DNA from: an uncultured Rhodopirellula sp.
GTDB lineage: Bacteria > Planctomycetota > Planctomycetia > Pirellulales > Pirellulaceae
Assembly (NCBI GenBank): GCA_964007735.1
Contig: CAXGAI010000045.1
Location: 1 to 35,854, forward strand
Direction: 5' to 3'
Length of the DNA stretch: 35,854 nucleotides
In this document: piece by piece, positions 27,169-35,854 of the stretch
Position numbering within the stretch: position 1 is the first letter of the stretch
Layout of the letters: the number at the start of each line of letters is the position of its first letter
The notes under the pieces: generated by a model
Told to the model about the DNA's origin: nothing
The model's database searches: none
What the model saw: the letters and a program-made list of their open reading frames with translations, nothing else
Made by a program: the position numbers and the translations under genes

Positions 27169-29088
27169 TTATTCAATAGGAACTTCCGAACCGGGACTCT
27201 CTGCCGAATCACTGGGGTGACTCAAGGCAGCGCCTAGTGTAGAAGCGGTAAAAATCAGTGGGTACAACCTCTCATGATACCACAGCTTCGCGAAGTAGAA
27301 ACCAATTGGCGAGCAATCGAGGTATCTGTCAGTTTCCACTCGATTTATTAACCATGCAAGTCCTTTCTCGACGGTCTTGGCCTGATGTTTCGGATTTGGG
27401 CTATGAAGTAGCGTTTCTAACGCCAACGCAGTCTCTTCAACACTACTTCCCACACGCTGATTACAGATTTGTCCGTTTTTCAGACGTTGATGAGCGACTC
27501 CACTTCCCCAGCCCCCATCTTCATTTTGATTTGTTACAAGCCATTCAAATCCCCGCCTGGCTGGTTGCTGCTCCAGATGCCCCCAGCATGAATAGGCGAG
27601 TAAAACCTTGGCGGTCCCGTAAACTGGATTTTCTTCCTCTGGATGATCCTGATTTCCAAACCAAAGAGGAAACCAACTGCCATCCGTATTTTGCTGAGAT
27701 CGGAGGTACTCAAAGCCCTGACGTACCACTCGGGTAAGGGCGGCAGGTTGGTTAGCAAACAAACCAATTTCGGAAATTAGATCGGATTCCCATGCCTTTA
27801 AAGCTCGCAAGACATGTGCTGACAGATCAGCACCACTTCGATCGAAGGGGAGTTTTCCCCACCCTTTGCAAAACGTTGGCCAACCTTTGTCCCGATTCTG
27901 CAGGTCCAGCATCCATTGAATGCCTTGCATTGCGGCCCGGCGTATGCGAGGGAGATTTTCAGGATGGAACGATGGAGAACTTCTGATACTGTGGAGTGCA
28001 AGGATTGCGGAAGGAGTGTCATCACAGTCGGGGACAGCACCGGATAGATCGCTCCAACCCCAGCCTCCCGGCGCCGCACCGGTAAATGGATGTGGCTCCG
28101 TATTTTGACAATCGAGAAGCCAATCGGTGACTCCCAATTCGGCGGTATCTATTTGGTGATTATCCAGAGCGTTGAGCGAAAGGGAAGTATTCCAGGTAGC
28201 CAGATTAGTGTCGATTGGCCAGCTACCATCTTCTCGCAACGTATCCACCAAGAATCGAACGGCGCTTTTGGTGACGGCATGAGAAGCTCGACCCGTAGAA
28301 ATCAGACTCATCGCGACAAATGAGGTTAAGGGGATGGCTTCTAAAAAACCGCCGCTGGCCGGTTGCATTTGCTCCAAAACCTTCACGCTTTTTTTTACAG
28401 TCATCGAACGTAGGAAGCGTGTAATAGGGTTCCACGGTTTTTGGTGAAAGTACTTTGCCTGACCAATCCCAACAAGCGCAGGTATGGCGTAACTAACAAC
28501 GGGCAACCGGAGGAATCGGTAGAAGGATTGCGGAAAGCAAGCTAGTTCGAAAGGTAGTGAAGCAACGTCAGACCATGGAACGAGTCCCGCCAATGCCGCG
28601 TTGGTCAGAATAGGCACCGCGAAGGTTTTGTCCTTGCCATAGCGTTTTTTTAACCCATCAATCCAACCCAGTTTGTCGACATAAGCGGTAGCGCTTTCAA
28701 TGACTTCCGGGTAATCGTCTTCTTTTTCGGCCAGTTTGATTGCAGCGATGGCGAGAATGGTTGTTGCAATGTTGGAGTAGCTTAAGGTCGTATCGCCCCA
28801 GCCGCCATCTTCGTTTTGGTTATTTGCAAGCCAGGCCGTTCCTGTGGCAAGGTAATCGAGCAGTTCATTACGCTCGGGAAGTCCTTTTTGGTCTGACGGA
28901 TAATGCTTGTGAAGCAGGCCCAGTGTGCTGATCGCGGTGGCGGTGGAGAGCGCGGAGGTCGCCAATTTGCCTTTCCAAAAGACGTCCTCGTTTCGATCAT
29001 CGAGCAGGCGTTGTCGGGCTTTTTCAGCCGCTATTTTCAAACGCGATGAACCAAGCAGCCGTTGTTCAGAAGGGACGTCGTTTTCCAT
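27169..29088 (-). CDS. Squalene-hopene-cyclase-like class II terpene cyclase (two-barrel size)
   Basis: 639 aa. PDCDDT (DxDD) and QW repeats QNEDGGW, REDGSW, QNRDKGW, QNTDGSW, QNEDGGW. Diverges from canonical SHC around the active site, so no shc symbol is given. Confidence 0.9.
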   Translation of the reverse strand: MENDVPSEQRLLGSSRLKIAAEKARQRLLDDRNEDVFWKGKLATSALSTATAISTLGLLHKHYPSDQKGLPERNELLDYLATGTAWLANNQNEDGGWGDTTLSYSNIATTILAIAAIKLAEKEDDYPEVIESATAYVDKLGWIDGLKKRYGKDKTFAVPILTNAALAGLVPWSDVASLPFELACFPQSFYRFLRLPVVSYAIPALVGIGQAKYFHQKPWNPITRFLRSMTVKKSVKVLEQMQPASGGFLEAIPLTSFVAMSLISTGRASHAVTKSAVRFLVDTLREDGSWPIDTNLATWNTSLSLNALDNHQIDTAELGVTDWLLDCQNTEPHPFTGAAPGGWGWSDLSGAVPDCDDTPSAILALHSIRSSPSFHPENLPRIRRAAMQGIQWMLDLQNRDKGWPTFCKGWGKLPFDRSGADLSAHVLRALKAWESDLISEIGLFANQPAALTRVVRQGFEYLRSQQNTDGSWFPLWFGNQDHPEEENPVYGTAKVLLAYSCWGHLEQQPARRGFEWLVTNQNEDGGWGSGVAHQRLKNGQICNQRVGSSVEETALALETLLHSPNPKHQAKTVEKGLAWLINRVETDRYLDCSPIGFYFAKLWYHERLYPLIFTASTLGAALSHPSDSAESPGSEVPIE

Positions 29089-29230
29089 GGATTATGGGCT
29101 GTACTGAAAGTACTCGTTAATTCTCTCAACACAGGGCATTATGCGGGGAGTAATCACGCGCAAGCAGATTTAGCTCTGCCCGAACAGCCCCAGCAACTTG
29201 CTGCTTTGCCTGTAATTGACTCGCCATGGT

Positions 29231-30484
29231 TTACCCAGGTTTTTGGGGGTTTTCGGTTCTAGTATCAATCCATTTGTCAGCGTCAAAGTGTTTAGAATAG
29301 GCTCCGTAATCATTGAACCAAAACTTCTTCGCCAGACGATAGGCAATATTCTTTTCGGGAACTTCTTTGCCAGGGTTGTATTGGGAGGGTCGAATCTCCA
29401 TTTCCTCGAGCTCTTTAATGGCTTCACTACGAATAGTGGTATCTTTCGCGTTATGTTTCTCAGCCAATTCTTTGAGTAAATCAGGTCGCTCCAGGATGAT
29501 GCAGCCACGCGTACTTTCGGCGGCAACTTTTCGAAAGTCGCTTAAGAATTCGGATTCATTGAAGACATCCTTGAGGGGTCGCTCATCGTAGATCGACTCT
29601 TTCGAAAATTGAATAATCGGACACGGTTCGATATCACCCCAAGGACTGATGTGATGTGTAAACCCAGTTGCCGCAGGGCAAAGTGCATTCCCATCACCAT
29701 CATGGTAGGCGTCAATCATTACAATAGGTTTTTTAGCCCGTGTCTCGACAACAAATTTTCGAACGTTGTATTGCTGCTCAGGTGTTAACGCCAATTCAGG
29801 ACAAGCATCAGGCCCAACCGGCCGGTAGATATGGAACCAACCGTACATGACACCTAGTTCAATCAGGCGATCGATCCAGGCGTCGTTGACCAAATCCTCA
29901 TAGTTTGTCTGACAGACACTCGTACAGACTCCCGTCAGCAGCCCTGCATCGAGACAATTGTGTAGGCCTTCCATGGTGTCATTAAGCACCTGTAATTTTC
30001 CGCGGCGCTCGTTAGAGACAATTTCGGTACCCTCGACACTGATTAACGGAGTGGCGTTACCGAGGCGGTTTAGTTCTTGGGCGACTTTTGGAGTGATAAA
30101 ATGGCCGTTAGTGAAGATCTGAAAGTAAACATCACGGTTGTCTTCCAGTATCTGCAGTATCTCTTTGTGTAGAAATGGTTCCCCACCGAGTAATCCAAAG
30201 AAGGAATTACCCATCTCTTTCGCCTGGCCAATGATGTCGTTCATTTTACCGACATCAATTTTCTCCTGTTTTGCGGCGACATCGACCCAGCAACCCTGAC
30301 AGCGAAGATTACAGCTGTTGATGATTGAGATGTAGAGAAATGGTGGAAAGAAGTCACCTTGCTTCAATCGCTTCTTATGCTTTTGAACAGACCGAATACC
30401 TTTAATCCCGGCTTTGTAAGCTAGATTCCATAAGAGTCGCTTGTTGGTATTAAACAACAACCGTTTTGCCATTCGAAGATACAT
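29231..30484 (-). CDS. Radical SAM protein with C-terminal SPASM/Twitch-like region
   Basis: CNLRCQGC, GGEP, FTNG, ISVEG. C-terminal CPAA...GDIEPCP...GC. Confidence 0.93.
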   Translation of the reverse strand: MYLRMAKRLLFNTNKRLLWNLAYKAGIKGIRSVQKHKKRLKQGDFFPPFLYISIINSCNLRCQGCWVDVAAKQEKIDVGKMNDIIGQAKEMGNSFFGLLGGEPFLHKEILQILEDNRDVYFQIFTNGHFITPKVAQELNRLGNATPLISVEGTEIVSNERRGKLQVLNDTMEGLHNCLDAGLLTGVCTSVCQTNYEDLVNDAWIDRLIELGVMYGWFHIYRPVGPDACPELALTPEQQYNVRKFVVETRAKKPIVMIDAYHDGDGNALCPAATGFTHHISPWGDIEPCPIIQFSKESIYDERPLKDVFNESEFLSDFRKVAAESTRGCIILERPDLLKELAEKHNAKDTTIRSEAIKELEEMEIRPSQYNPGKEVPEKNIAYRLAKKFWFNDYGAYSKHFDADKWIDTRTENPQKPG

Positions 30485-30738
30485 AGCCGAGGGTAGTCCG
30501 GAGATGGTGGTACGGATAAAAATGTTTGCTTACGAATTTAGTATAGCCTCCACCTGCGGACTTGGCACCCATTGAACCTGGATGAACAGAATCTCCCGGA
30601 GACATCCTCGGTTTGAGTATTGATTTCGGGCTTTGCAATTTAGTAGGTGCGTGCTAGTTTAAACGATTAACAATGTTCTATTATGGAAAGCTAATTTGGC
30701 CCTCAGCGGTTATTTAGCAAATCACCACGGAAATAAAA

Positions 30739-30837
30739 ATGGCTAAACCAAACCATAAAATTAAAAAAGCAAATCACGGTCGTCGACCTGCTAGCTCAAA
30801 AGCTCGAAAAGCAAAGCGTAAGCACATCAAAACTTAG
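30739..30837 (+). CDS. 32-aa basic protein, putative ribosomal protein bL37-like (absent from the ORF track)
   Basis: Hand translation gives MAKPNHKIKKANHGRRPASSKARKAKRKHIKT*. KANHGRRP matches the KANHGKRP motif of actinobacterial bL37. Confidence 0.75.
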   Translation: MAKPNHKIKKANHGRRPASSKARKAKRKHIKT

Positions 30838-30930
30838 TCGTTGTTGTAGCTTAGTACTTGATAGGTGCTTAGCCAGTGTCGCCGGGGCACATATGATAAG
30901 CTCTTGCTACATCTATAAGGACGCAAAACG

Positions 30931-31449
30931 TTGGCAGAAAAAGAACTACTGATCGACCTTGATTCGATTGATCTGACGGCACCCATTGCAGATCTCGAAG
31001 AGATTCGTTCCTACAATCCTCAGCGTTTCGAGATGGAACAGCTTTCAGGAGTGTTGTATGAAAATGCAGAAGAGGGCGTCGCTGTAGCCTATAAGGACAT
31101 CACTGAGGAAGACTTTTGGACACGTGGCCATATGCCCAATATGCCGTTGATGCCTGGTGTCATTATGTTGGAGGCTTGTGCTCAGGCATGTAGCTTCTTC
31201 TGCCAAAAAAATGATATGTTGGGCGCAGATATGCTCGGCTTTGGCGGACTCGATGAGGTACGCTTTCGCGACCCTGTCATTCCAGGTGATCGCCTCATCA
31301 TCATCTGTAAGTTAATTAAAGCTCGCAGAAACAGGATGGTCGTCTGTAAATTTCAGGGCTTGGTCAGTGGAAATCTGGCAGTCGAAGGTATTCTTCGAGG
31401 CATTCCAATTCCCACCGCGCAGTTGCAAAGTTTCTTAAACTCTAAATAA
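30931..31449 (+). CDS. fabZ: 3-hydroxyacyl-ACP dehydratase, FabZ-type
   Basis: GHMP..P.MPGV..LEA (His/Glu pair) and VRFR.PV.PGD. The HRYPF motif is replaced by QRFEM. TTG start after AAGGA. Confidence 0.78.
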   Translation: MAEKELLIDLDSIDLTAPIADLEEIRSYNPQRFEMEQLSGVLYENAEEGVAVAYKDITEEDFWTRGHMPNMPLMPGVIMLEACAQACSFFCQKNDMLGADMLGFGGLDEVRFRDPVIPGDRLIIICKLIKARRNRMVVCKFQGLVSGNLAVEGILRGIPIPTAQLQSFLNSK

Positions 31450-31479
31450 CGCCGCTTCGATAAGGCTCGCTGAATACTC

Positions 31480-32124
31480 ATGGGGCGTCGCGCATTACCG
31501 AAACTTAATCCTAATCTCGAGTACTCGGATTACTACGGTGAAGTAGCCCACTTGCCCGATGACTGGGATATAAGTTCAATTTTTGACTCGTCGATACCTC
31601 TGGAAGTGGAAATGGGAAGCGGCAAAGGGTTGTTCATGACGACCGCATCAGGCTTGCATCCGGAACGTAATTATCTTGGTATTGAGGTACGTAAGAAATA
31701 TGCCCAATACGGTGCAGCCAAGTTGTCTCAGGCTGGGCGTGACAATGCCTTTATGTTTCAAGGTGATGGCTTGTTATTTTTTAGCAAGTTTCTCAGAGAT
31801 GAGTCTGTCGACGACGTTCACGTTTACTTTCCCGATCCTTGGTGGAAATCCAAGCATCGCAAACGCCGCGTACTTAATACGGTCTACATGCAGGATGTTG
31901 TTCGTGTACTAAAACAGGCGGGCCGATTTCATTTCTGGACAGACGTAGAAGAGTATTTTCGATCCACACTTGATCTGCTTGAAGGTTTCCCAATGCTGGA
32001 AGGGCCCTTAGATGTCGAGGTAAAGCCAGCGGAGCATGACATGGATTATCGAACACACTATGAGCGACGTACACGGCGGTATGAACGGCCCGTCTATCGC
32101 AGTTTATATACTCTGCGTCGCTAG
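31480..32124 (+). CDS. trmB: tRNA (guanine-N7)-methyltransferase
   Basis: LEVEMGSGKG, NYLGIE, FPDPWWKSKHRKRR, TD, THYE. Confidence 0.96.
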   Translation: MGRRALPKLNPNLEYSDYYGEVAHLPDDWDISSIFDSSIPLEVEMGSGKGLFMTTASGLHPERNYLGIEVRKKYAQYGAAKLSQAGRDNAFMFQGDGLLFFSKFLRDESVDDVHVYFPDPWWKSKHRKRRVLNTVYMQDVVRVLKQAGRFHFWTDVEEYFRSTLDLLEGFPMLEGPLDVEVKPAEHDMDYRTHYERRTRRYERPVYRSLYTLRR

Positions 32125-32146
32125 AGGATGTTCAGTCCCGACGAGC

Positions 32147-34036
32147 TTAATAAGCCCGTGCATCTTTTTTCTCCATGAAGTTAACAAACGACCGGTTAGC
32201 GACACGATTTCCACCCGGCGTCGGGTAGTCTCCGGTAAAGTACCAGTCCCCTGTATGGCTCGGGCATGCTTTGTGCAGACCTTCGATCGTCTGATAGATA
32301 ATCTCCACTTCCGCATTCATATCTGGTGGCGTAAGGATTTGACCGATTCGTTCAGAGATTTCTTCAGGAGTGAAGGGCTCAAACAGACGGGTGACATGAT
32401 TGATGGTCTGAACGGTTGGCTTTTTCTCTTCCTCCAGGCAAGACTGATAAATCTCGTCAAGAATTTGAGTCTTCCCTTGTTCGTTAATCAGTTCCACCGC
32501 GGCTTCGAAGGCAACAAAGTCCGCCATCTTAGACATATCAATTCCGTAACAATCAGGGAACCTGATTTGAGGCGAAGATGAAACGATGATGATTTTCTTC
32601 ATCCCCAGACGATCAAGAATTCTGAGGATACTTGTGCGTAACGTTGTTCCACGAACAATCGAGTCGTCAAGGACAACCAGTGTGTCTTCAGGGCCAATGA
32701 TCCCGTAGGTTGTGTCATATACTTTCGCGACCAGATCTTCCCGGTCCGCGTCGGCAGTGATAAATGTTCGCAGCTTCGCGTCCTTGGTCATCAACTTTTC
32801 GATGCGGGGTTGGATCGTAAGCAGACGATGGATTTCTTCTCCGTCGTTACCATTCTTGATAGACTCCGCAATTTTGTCGGTTTGGAATTTACGAATTCCT
32901 TCGACAATGCCGTAGAAAGCGGTTTCAGCCGTATTGGGAATATAGGAAAAGACAGTGTGTTCTAAATCATAATTGACTTTACTTAATACACTCTCGGCCA
33001 ATGAACTGCCAAGTTCTTTACGTTCCCGATAGATATCACTGTCGGTGCCGCGTGAAAAATAAATGCGTTCAAAAGAACAGGATTTCCTGGGTAGTGGTTC
33101 ATTAACACATTCTCTGGAGATTGTACCGTCGTAACGTACCACTAAGGCATGGCCCGGTTCAACCTCCTGAACGGCATCGATAGGTACATTGAGAGCGGTT
33201 TGCAGTTGAGGGCGTTCTGAGGCAATCGCTACAATCTCATCATCTTTGTAATAGAAGACGGGACGGATTCCGGCAGGATCACGCAGGACAAACATGTCGC
33301 CGTGGCCTATCATACCTGCCATCACATAGCCGCCATCAAAAGCCTTAGTGGCCTTTCTTAAGACCATTGGTATATCAAGGTCTTTAATAATGTGTTTGGT
33401 AATCTCTTTGCGGTCTATTTTTTGCTTGTTGTACTTTCGAAAAATCGCATCGTTTGCTTCGTCGAGAAAGTGGCCAATCTTTTCAAGAACAATCACGGTA
33501 TCTGTACGGTTACGAGGATGTTGACCGAGATCGACCAGCATTTCAAAGAGTTCGGCATTGTTGGTGAGATTGAAGTTTCCTGCCATCACCAGGTTCCGGG
33601 TCATCCAGTTATTTTGGCGAAGGAAAGGGTGGCAAAATGTTTCACCAGACCCGCCGAACGTTCCATAACGCAAGTGACCTAGTAACAGTTCACCTGCGAA
33701 CAGAATATTCTCTTTAGCCCATTTTCCGTTCTGATACTCCTTGGGATTCCGATCTCGGGCTTCTGCGAAGGAGCGTACGAGCCGGTTGGAAACTTCCATA
33801 ATTGGATTCTTGCCGGCACTTCGGGTGCGGAAGATATAGGGTTCGCCCGGAGGCATGTCCAGCTTGATAACGGCAGCCCCTGCGCCGTCCTGACCGCGGT
33901 TGTGTTGCTTTTCCATCAACAGCGTTAGTTTGTTAACGCCGTACATGGGAGTACCGTATTTCTGGATGTAGTAATCCAGTGGCTTTAAGAGTCGTATTGC
34001 CGCAATACCGCACTCATGGCCGATCCAATCGCTCAT
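32147..34036 (-). CDS. purF: Amidophosphoribosyltransferase, long form
   Basis: HECG (Ntn Cys), HNRGQD, GHLRYGT, RDPAGIRP, CSFERIYFSR, LDDSIVRGTT, YGIDM. Confidence 0.93.
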   Translation of the reverse strand: MSDWIGHECGIAAIRLLKPLDYYIQKYGTPMYGVNKLTLLMEKQHNRGQDGAGAAVIKLDMPPGEPYIFRTRSAGKNPIMEVSNRLVRSFAEARDRNPKEYQNGKWAKENILFAGELLLGHLRYGTFGGSGETFCHPFLRQNNWMTRNLVMAGNFNLTNNAELFEMLVDLGQHPRNRTDTVIVLEKIGHFLDEANDAIFRKYNKQKIDRKEITKHIIKDLDIPMVLRKATKAFDGGYVMAGMIGHGDMFVLRDPAGIRPVFYYKDDEIVAIASERPQLQTALNVPIDAVQEVEPGHALVVRYDGTISRECVNEPLPRKSCSFERIYFSRGTDSDIYRERKELGSSLAESVLSKVNYDLEHTVFSYIPNTAETAFYGIVEGIRKFQTDKIAESIKNGNDGEEIHRLLTIQPRIEKLMTKDAKLRTFITADADREDLVAKVYDTTYGIIGPEDTLVVLDDSIVRGTTLRTSILRILDRLGMKKIIIVSSSPQIRFPDCYGIDMSKMADFVAFEAAVELINEQGKTQILDEIYQSCLEEEKKPTVQTINHVTRLFEPFTPEEISERIGQILTPPDMNAEVEIIYQTIEGLHKACPSHTGDWYFTGDYPTPGGNRVANRSFVNFMEKKDARAY

Positions 34037-34126
34037 AACATACCGTCCTCGGGTTATGTTCGTGTGTAGATTAGTGAGCTGTCATTCTAGATACCGCTGA
34101 GTGAAACCTCAAGCAAGCTAATGACA

Positions 34127-34861
34127 TTATTCATTCTGTAATAGTGCGGCGGCTGCCTGGTCCAGATAAAAGGTGGCGTTTGGATGATGTTGCAGGGCAC
34201 TGGCTGTGCAATCACTACTGACCGGTCCCTGAATTGCATCACGAATTGCTTCAGCTTTATTTTCACCGGTGGCTAATAGGATGATCTTTTTGGCATCCAT
34301 AATTGTCGCGACCCCCATTGTGATCGCCCGTTTTGGCACGTCAGACTTTGAATCAAAGAAGCGAGCATTGTCATCAATCGTCTGGTGGTCCAAATCTGTA
34401 ATATGAGTACGGCTACCCAGAGCGGTGCCGGGTTCATTAAATGCGATATGACCGTCTGAACCGATCCCCAGAATTTGTAAGTCGATACCACCAGCTTCGT
34501 TGATTCGGTCTTCATACCATTGGCAATAGGCACCGTAGTCTTCTTCAACCCCCGATGGAATAAAGACTCGCTGGCTCTGAATATCGACTTGATTCAGGAG
34601 TTGTTGATGCATGAAATAGTAATAGCTTTGTGGATGGTCACGATGCAGGCCGATGTATTCATCGAGATTAAAGCTTGTTACTTCCGCAAAGCTGATTTCG
34701 CCTGCCTGATAGCTATCGATTAGATTTTTATAACATCCGATTGGCGTGCTTCCGGTTGCCAGGCCGAGTACTGCTCTGGGATTAGATTGGAGACAATCGA
34801 TAAACGCCTGAGAGGCCAGAGTACTTATTTGTTGATAGTCGTCACAGATAACAACGTTCAT
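34127..34861 (-). CDS. nagB: Glucosamine-6-phosphate deaminase
   Basis: LGLATGSTP, FNLDEY, GIGSDGHIAFNEPG, AITMG. Confidence 0.96.
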   Translation of the reverse strand: MNVVICDDYQQISTLASQAFIDCLQSNPRAVLGLATGSTPIGCYKNLIDSYQAGEISFAEVTSFNLDEYIGLHRDHPQSYYYFMHQQLLNQVDIQSQRVFIPSGVEEDYGAYCQWYEDRINEAGGIDLQILGIGSDGHIAFNEPGTALGSRTHITDLDHQTIDDNARFFDSKSDVPKRAITMGVATIMDAKKIILLATGENKAEAIRDAIQGPVSSDCTASALQHHPNATFYLDQAAAALLQNE

Positions 34862-35090
34862 TGAAGCGTGTCCAGGTGGTTATATTTGTTACAAGCTTTA
34901 CAACACGTGTAATCGAACCCCAATCTGCTAAAAGAATCAGGCAAGATAGGTCCAGCCTACCATAGCGTTAATGTAAGCATAGCCTAGAATTAAAGTTGAC
35001 TAGGTTTCTAACTTCTCCAATACCACCGCTTCTAGCAGTCAATCGAAGCTTCGCGGTTGTCGGAAGACCCTTTATTGCGAACAACATACG

Positions 35091-35720
35091 ATGGTTCACT
35101 CCACCTTAACTGAAGCAGGCGGTAGTGGCTTCCCAGTGCCACACACCAAGCTACCGGTCACAATGTATACAACGCCGGCTGAAACAAACCGAGCTGTCGC
35201 CGAGCGTATTGCGAGTGTTATTCGTCGAGCTCATGAACAGGGTAGAAAAGCCGTTTTGCTGCTATCACCAGGTTCCACCCCACAGGGCGTTTACCGGGAA
35301 CTCGTGCGATTTCATGACGAGCAGGGCCTTGATTTCTCAAATGTAATCGCCTTTGTATCCCTCGAGTTTTATGGGCTTGCAAAAGATCGTCCTCAAAGTA
35401 TCCATGCGTCATTGCATGCCAATCTATTTAATCTGATTAATATTCCAGAGCACCAAATTCATCTTCCTGACAGTCAGGTCGAATTGAGTCAGATGACCGA
35501 ATATTGTCAGGCATTCGACCAACGTATTCAGGAAGTTGGCGGAATTGATTTCGCATTGCTTGGTTTTGGCTCCAATGGCCATATTGCTGGGAATGAACCA
35601 TTCTCTGAGTCAAGTAGCCGTACCCATATGTGTGTACTGGATCCGGTTACCCGGATTTGTCTGGCGAGTGAATTCTTCGGTGAAGATAATGTGCAACAAT
35701 ACGATGGAAATACTTACTAG
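35091..35720 (+). pseudogene. Second, degenerate and truncated NagB-like gene (or error-rich sequence at the window end)
   Basis: PGSTP, GGID, GFGSNGHIAGNEP and ASEFFGEDNV show NagB homology. FNLDEY is changed to FVSLEF, and the ORF stops before the AITMG segment. Confidence 0.6.
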
Positions 35721-35854
35721 AGTACACCTAATGCTGCTTGAAAGTGGCAAGGAAAGATCAGAACGAAAAGAAGAAATTACTCTTGCGTGCAGAGCGTCGT
35801 GCACGGCGAAAACACATAAACCAACTTCACATCCTAACGATGAACACGCATGTT

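Noticed and set aside
27169..30484. Calling this a standard hopanoid locus (shc plus hpnH)
   Set aside because: Motif contexts differ from canonical SHC and HpnH, and no hpnCDE, hpnG or hpnN is present in the window.
30739..30837. RiPP precursor for the neighbouring radical SAM enzyme
   Set aside because: It is on the opposite strand, is uniformly basic with no leader/core layout, and is better explained by the bL37 motif.

Overview
Gene-dense bacterial chromosomal segment, most likely from a Planctomycete. Signs pointing that way are an NPYQAP-type membrane protein, a zinc-ribbon-led ExbB-like protein, a sulfatase, an orphan rpsR and a KANHG small protein; the taxonomy is inferred, not verified. 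No rRNA, tRNA, CRISPR array or mobile element was recognised. From left to right: a partial GH16 hydrolase; a MotA/TolQ/ExbB gene with two atypical ExbD-like partners; a sulfatase; a class-III aminotransferase and Gfo/Idh/MocA oxidoreductase; divergent queE/queF; a TIM-barrel isomerase; a PIG-L deacetylase; a LolD/FtsX-type ABC system; a single-domain prenyltransferase barrel; a thioesterase; rpsR; a sodium:solute symporter with a small partner. Next comes a co-oriented block of radical SAM, squalene-hopene-cyclase-like enzyme, DUF116-polyprenyl synthase fusion, chorismate-lyase-like protein and an internally deleted flavin oxidoreductase/halogenase. The window ends with a 32-aa bL37-like ORF missed by the ORF track, fabZ-like, trmB, purF and two divergent nagB paralogues. 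The best candidate for an undescribed system is a non-canonical terpenoid or meroterpenoid lipid pathway (about 14.8-30.5 kb, possibly extending to 7.4 kb). The second candidate is the ExbB plus two ExbD-like ion motor with no recognisable TonB.
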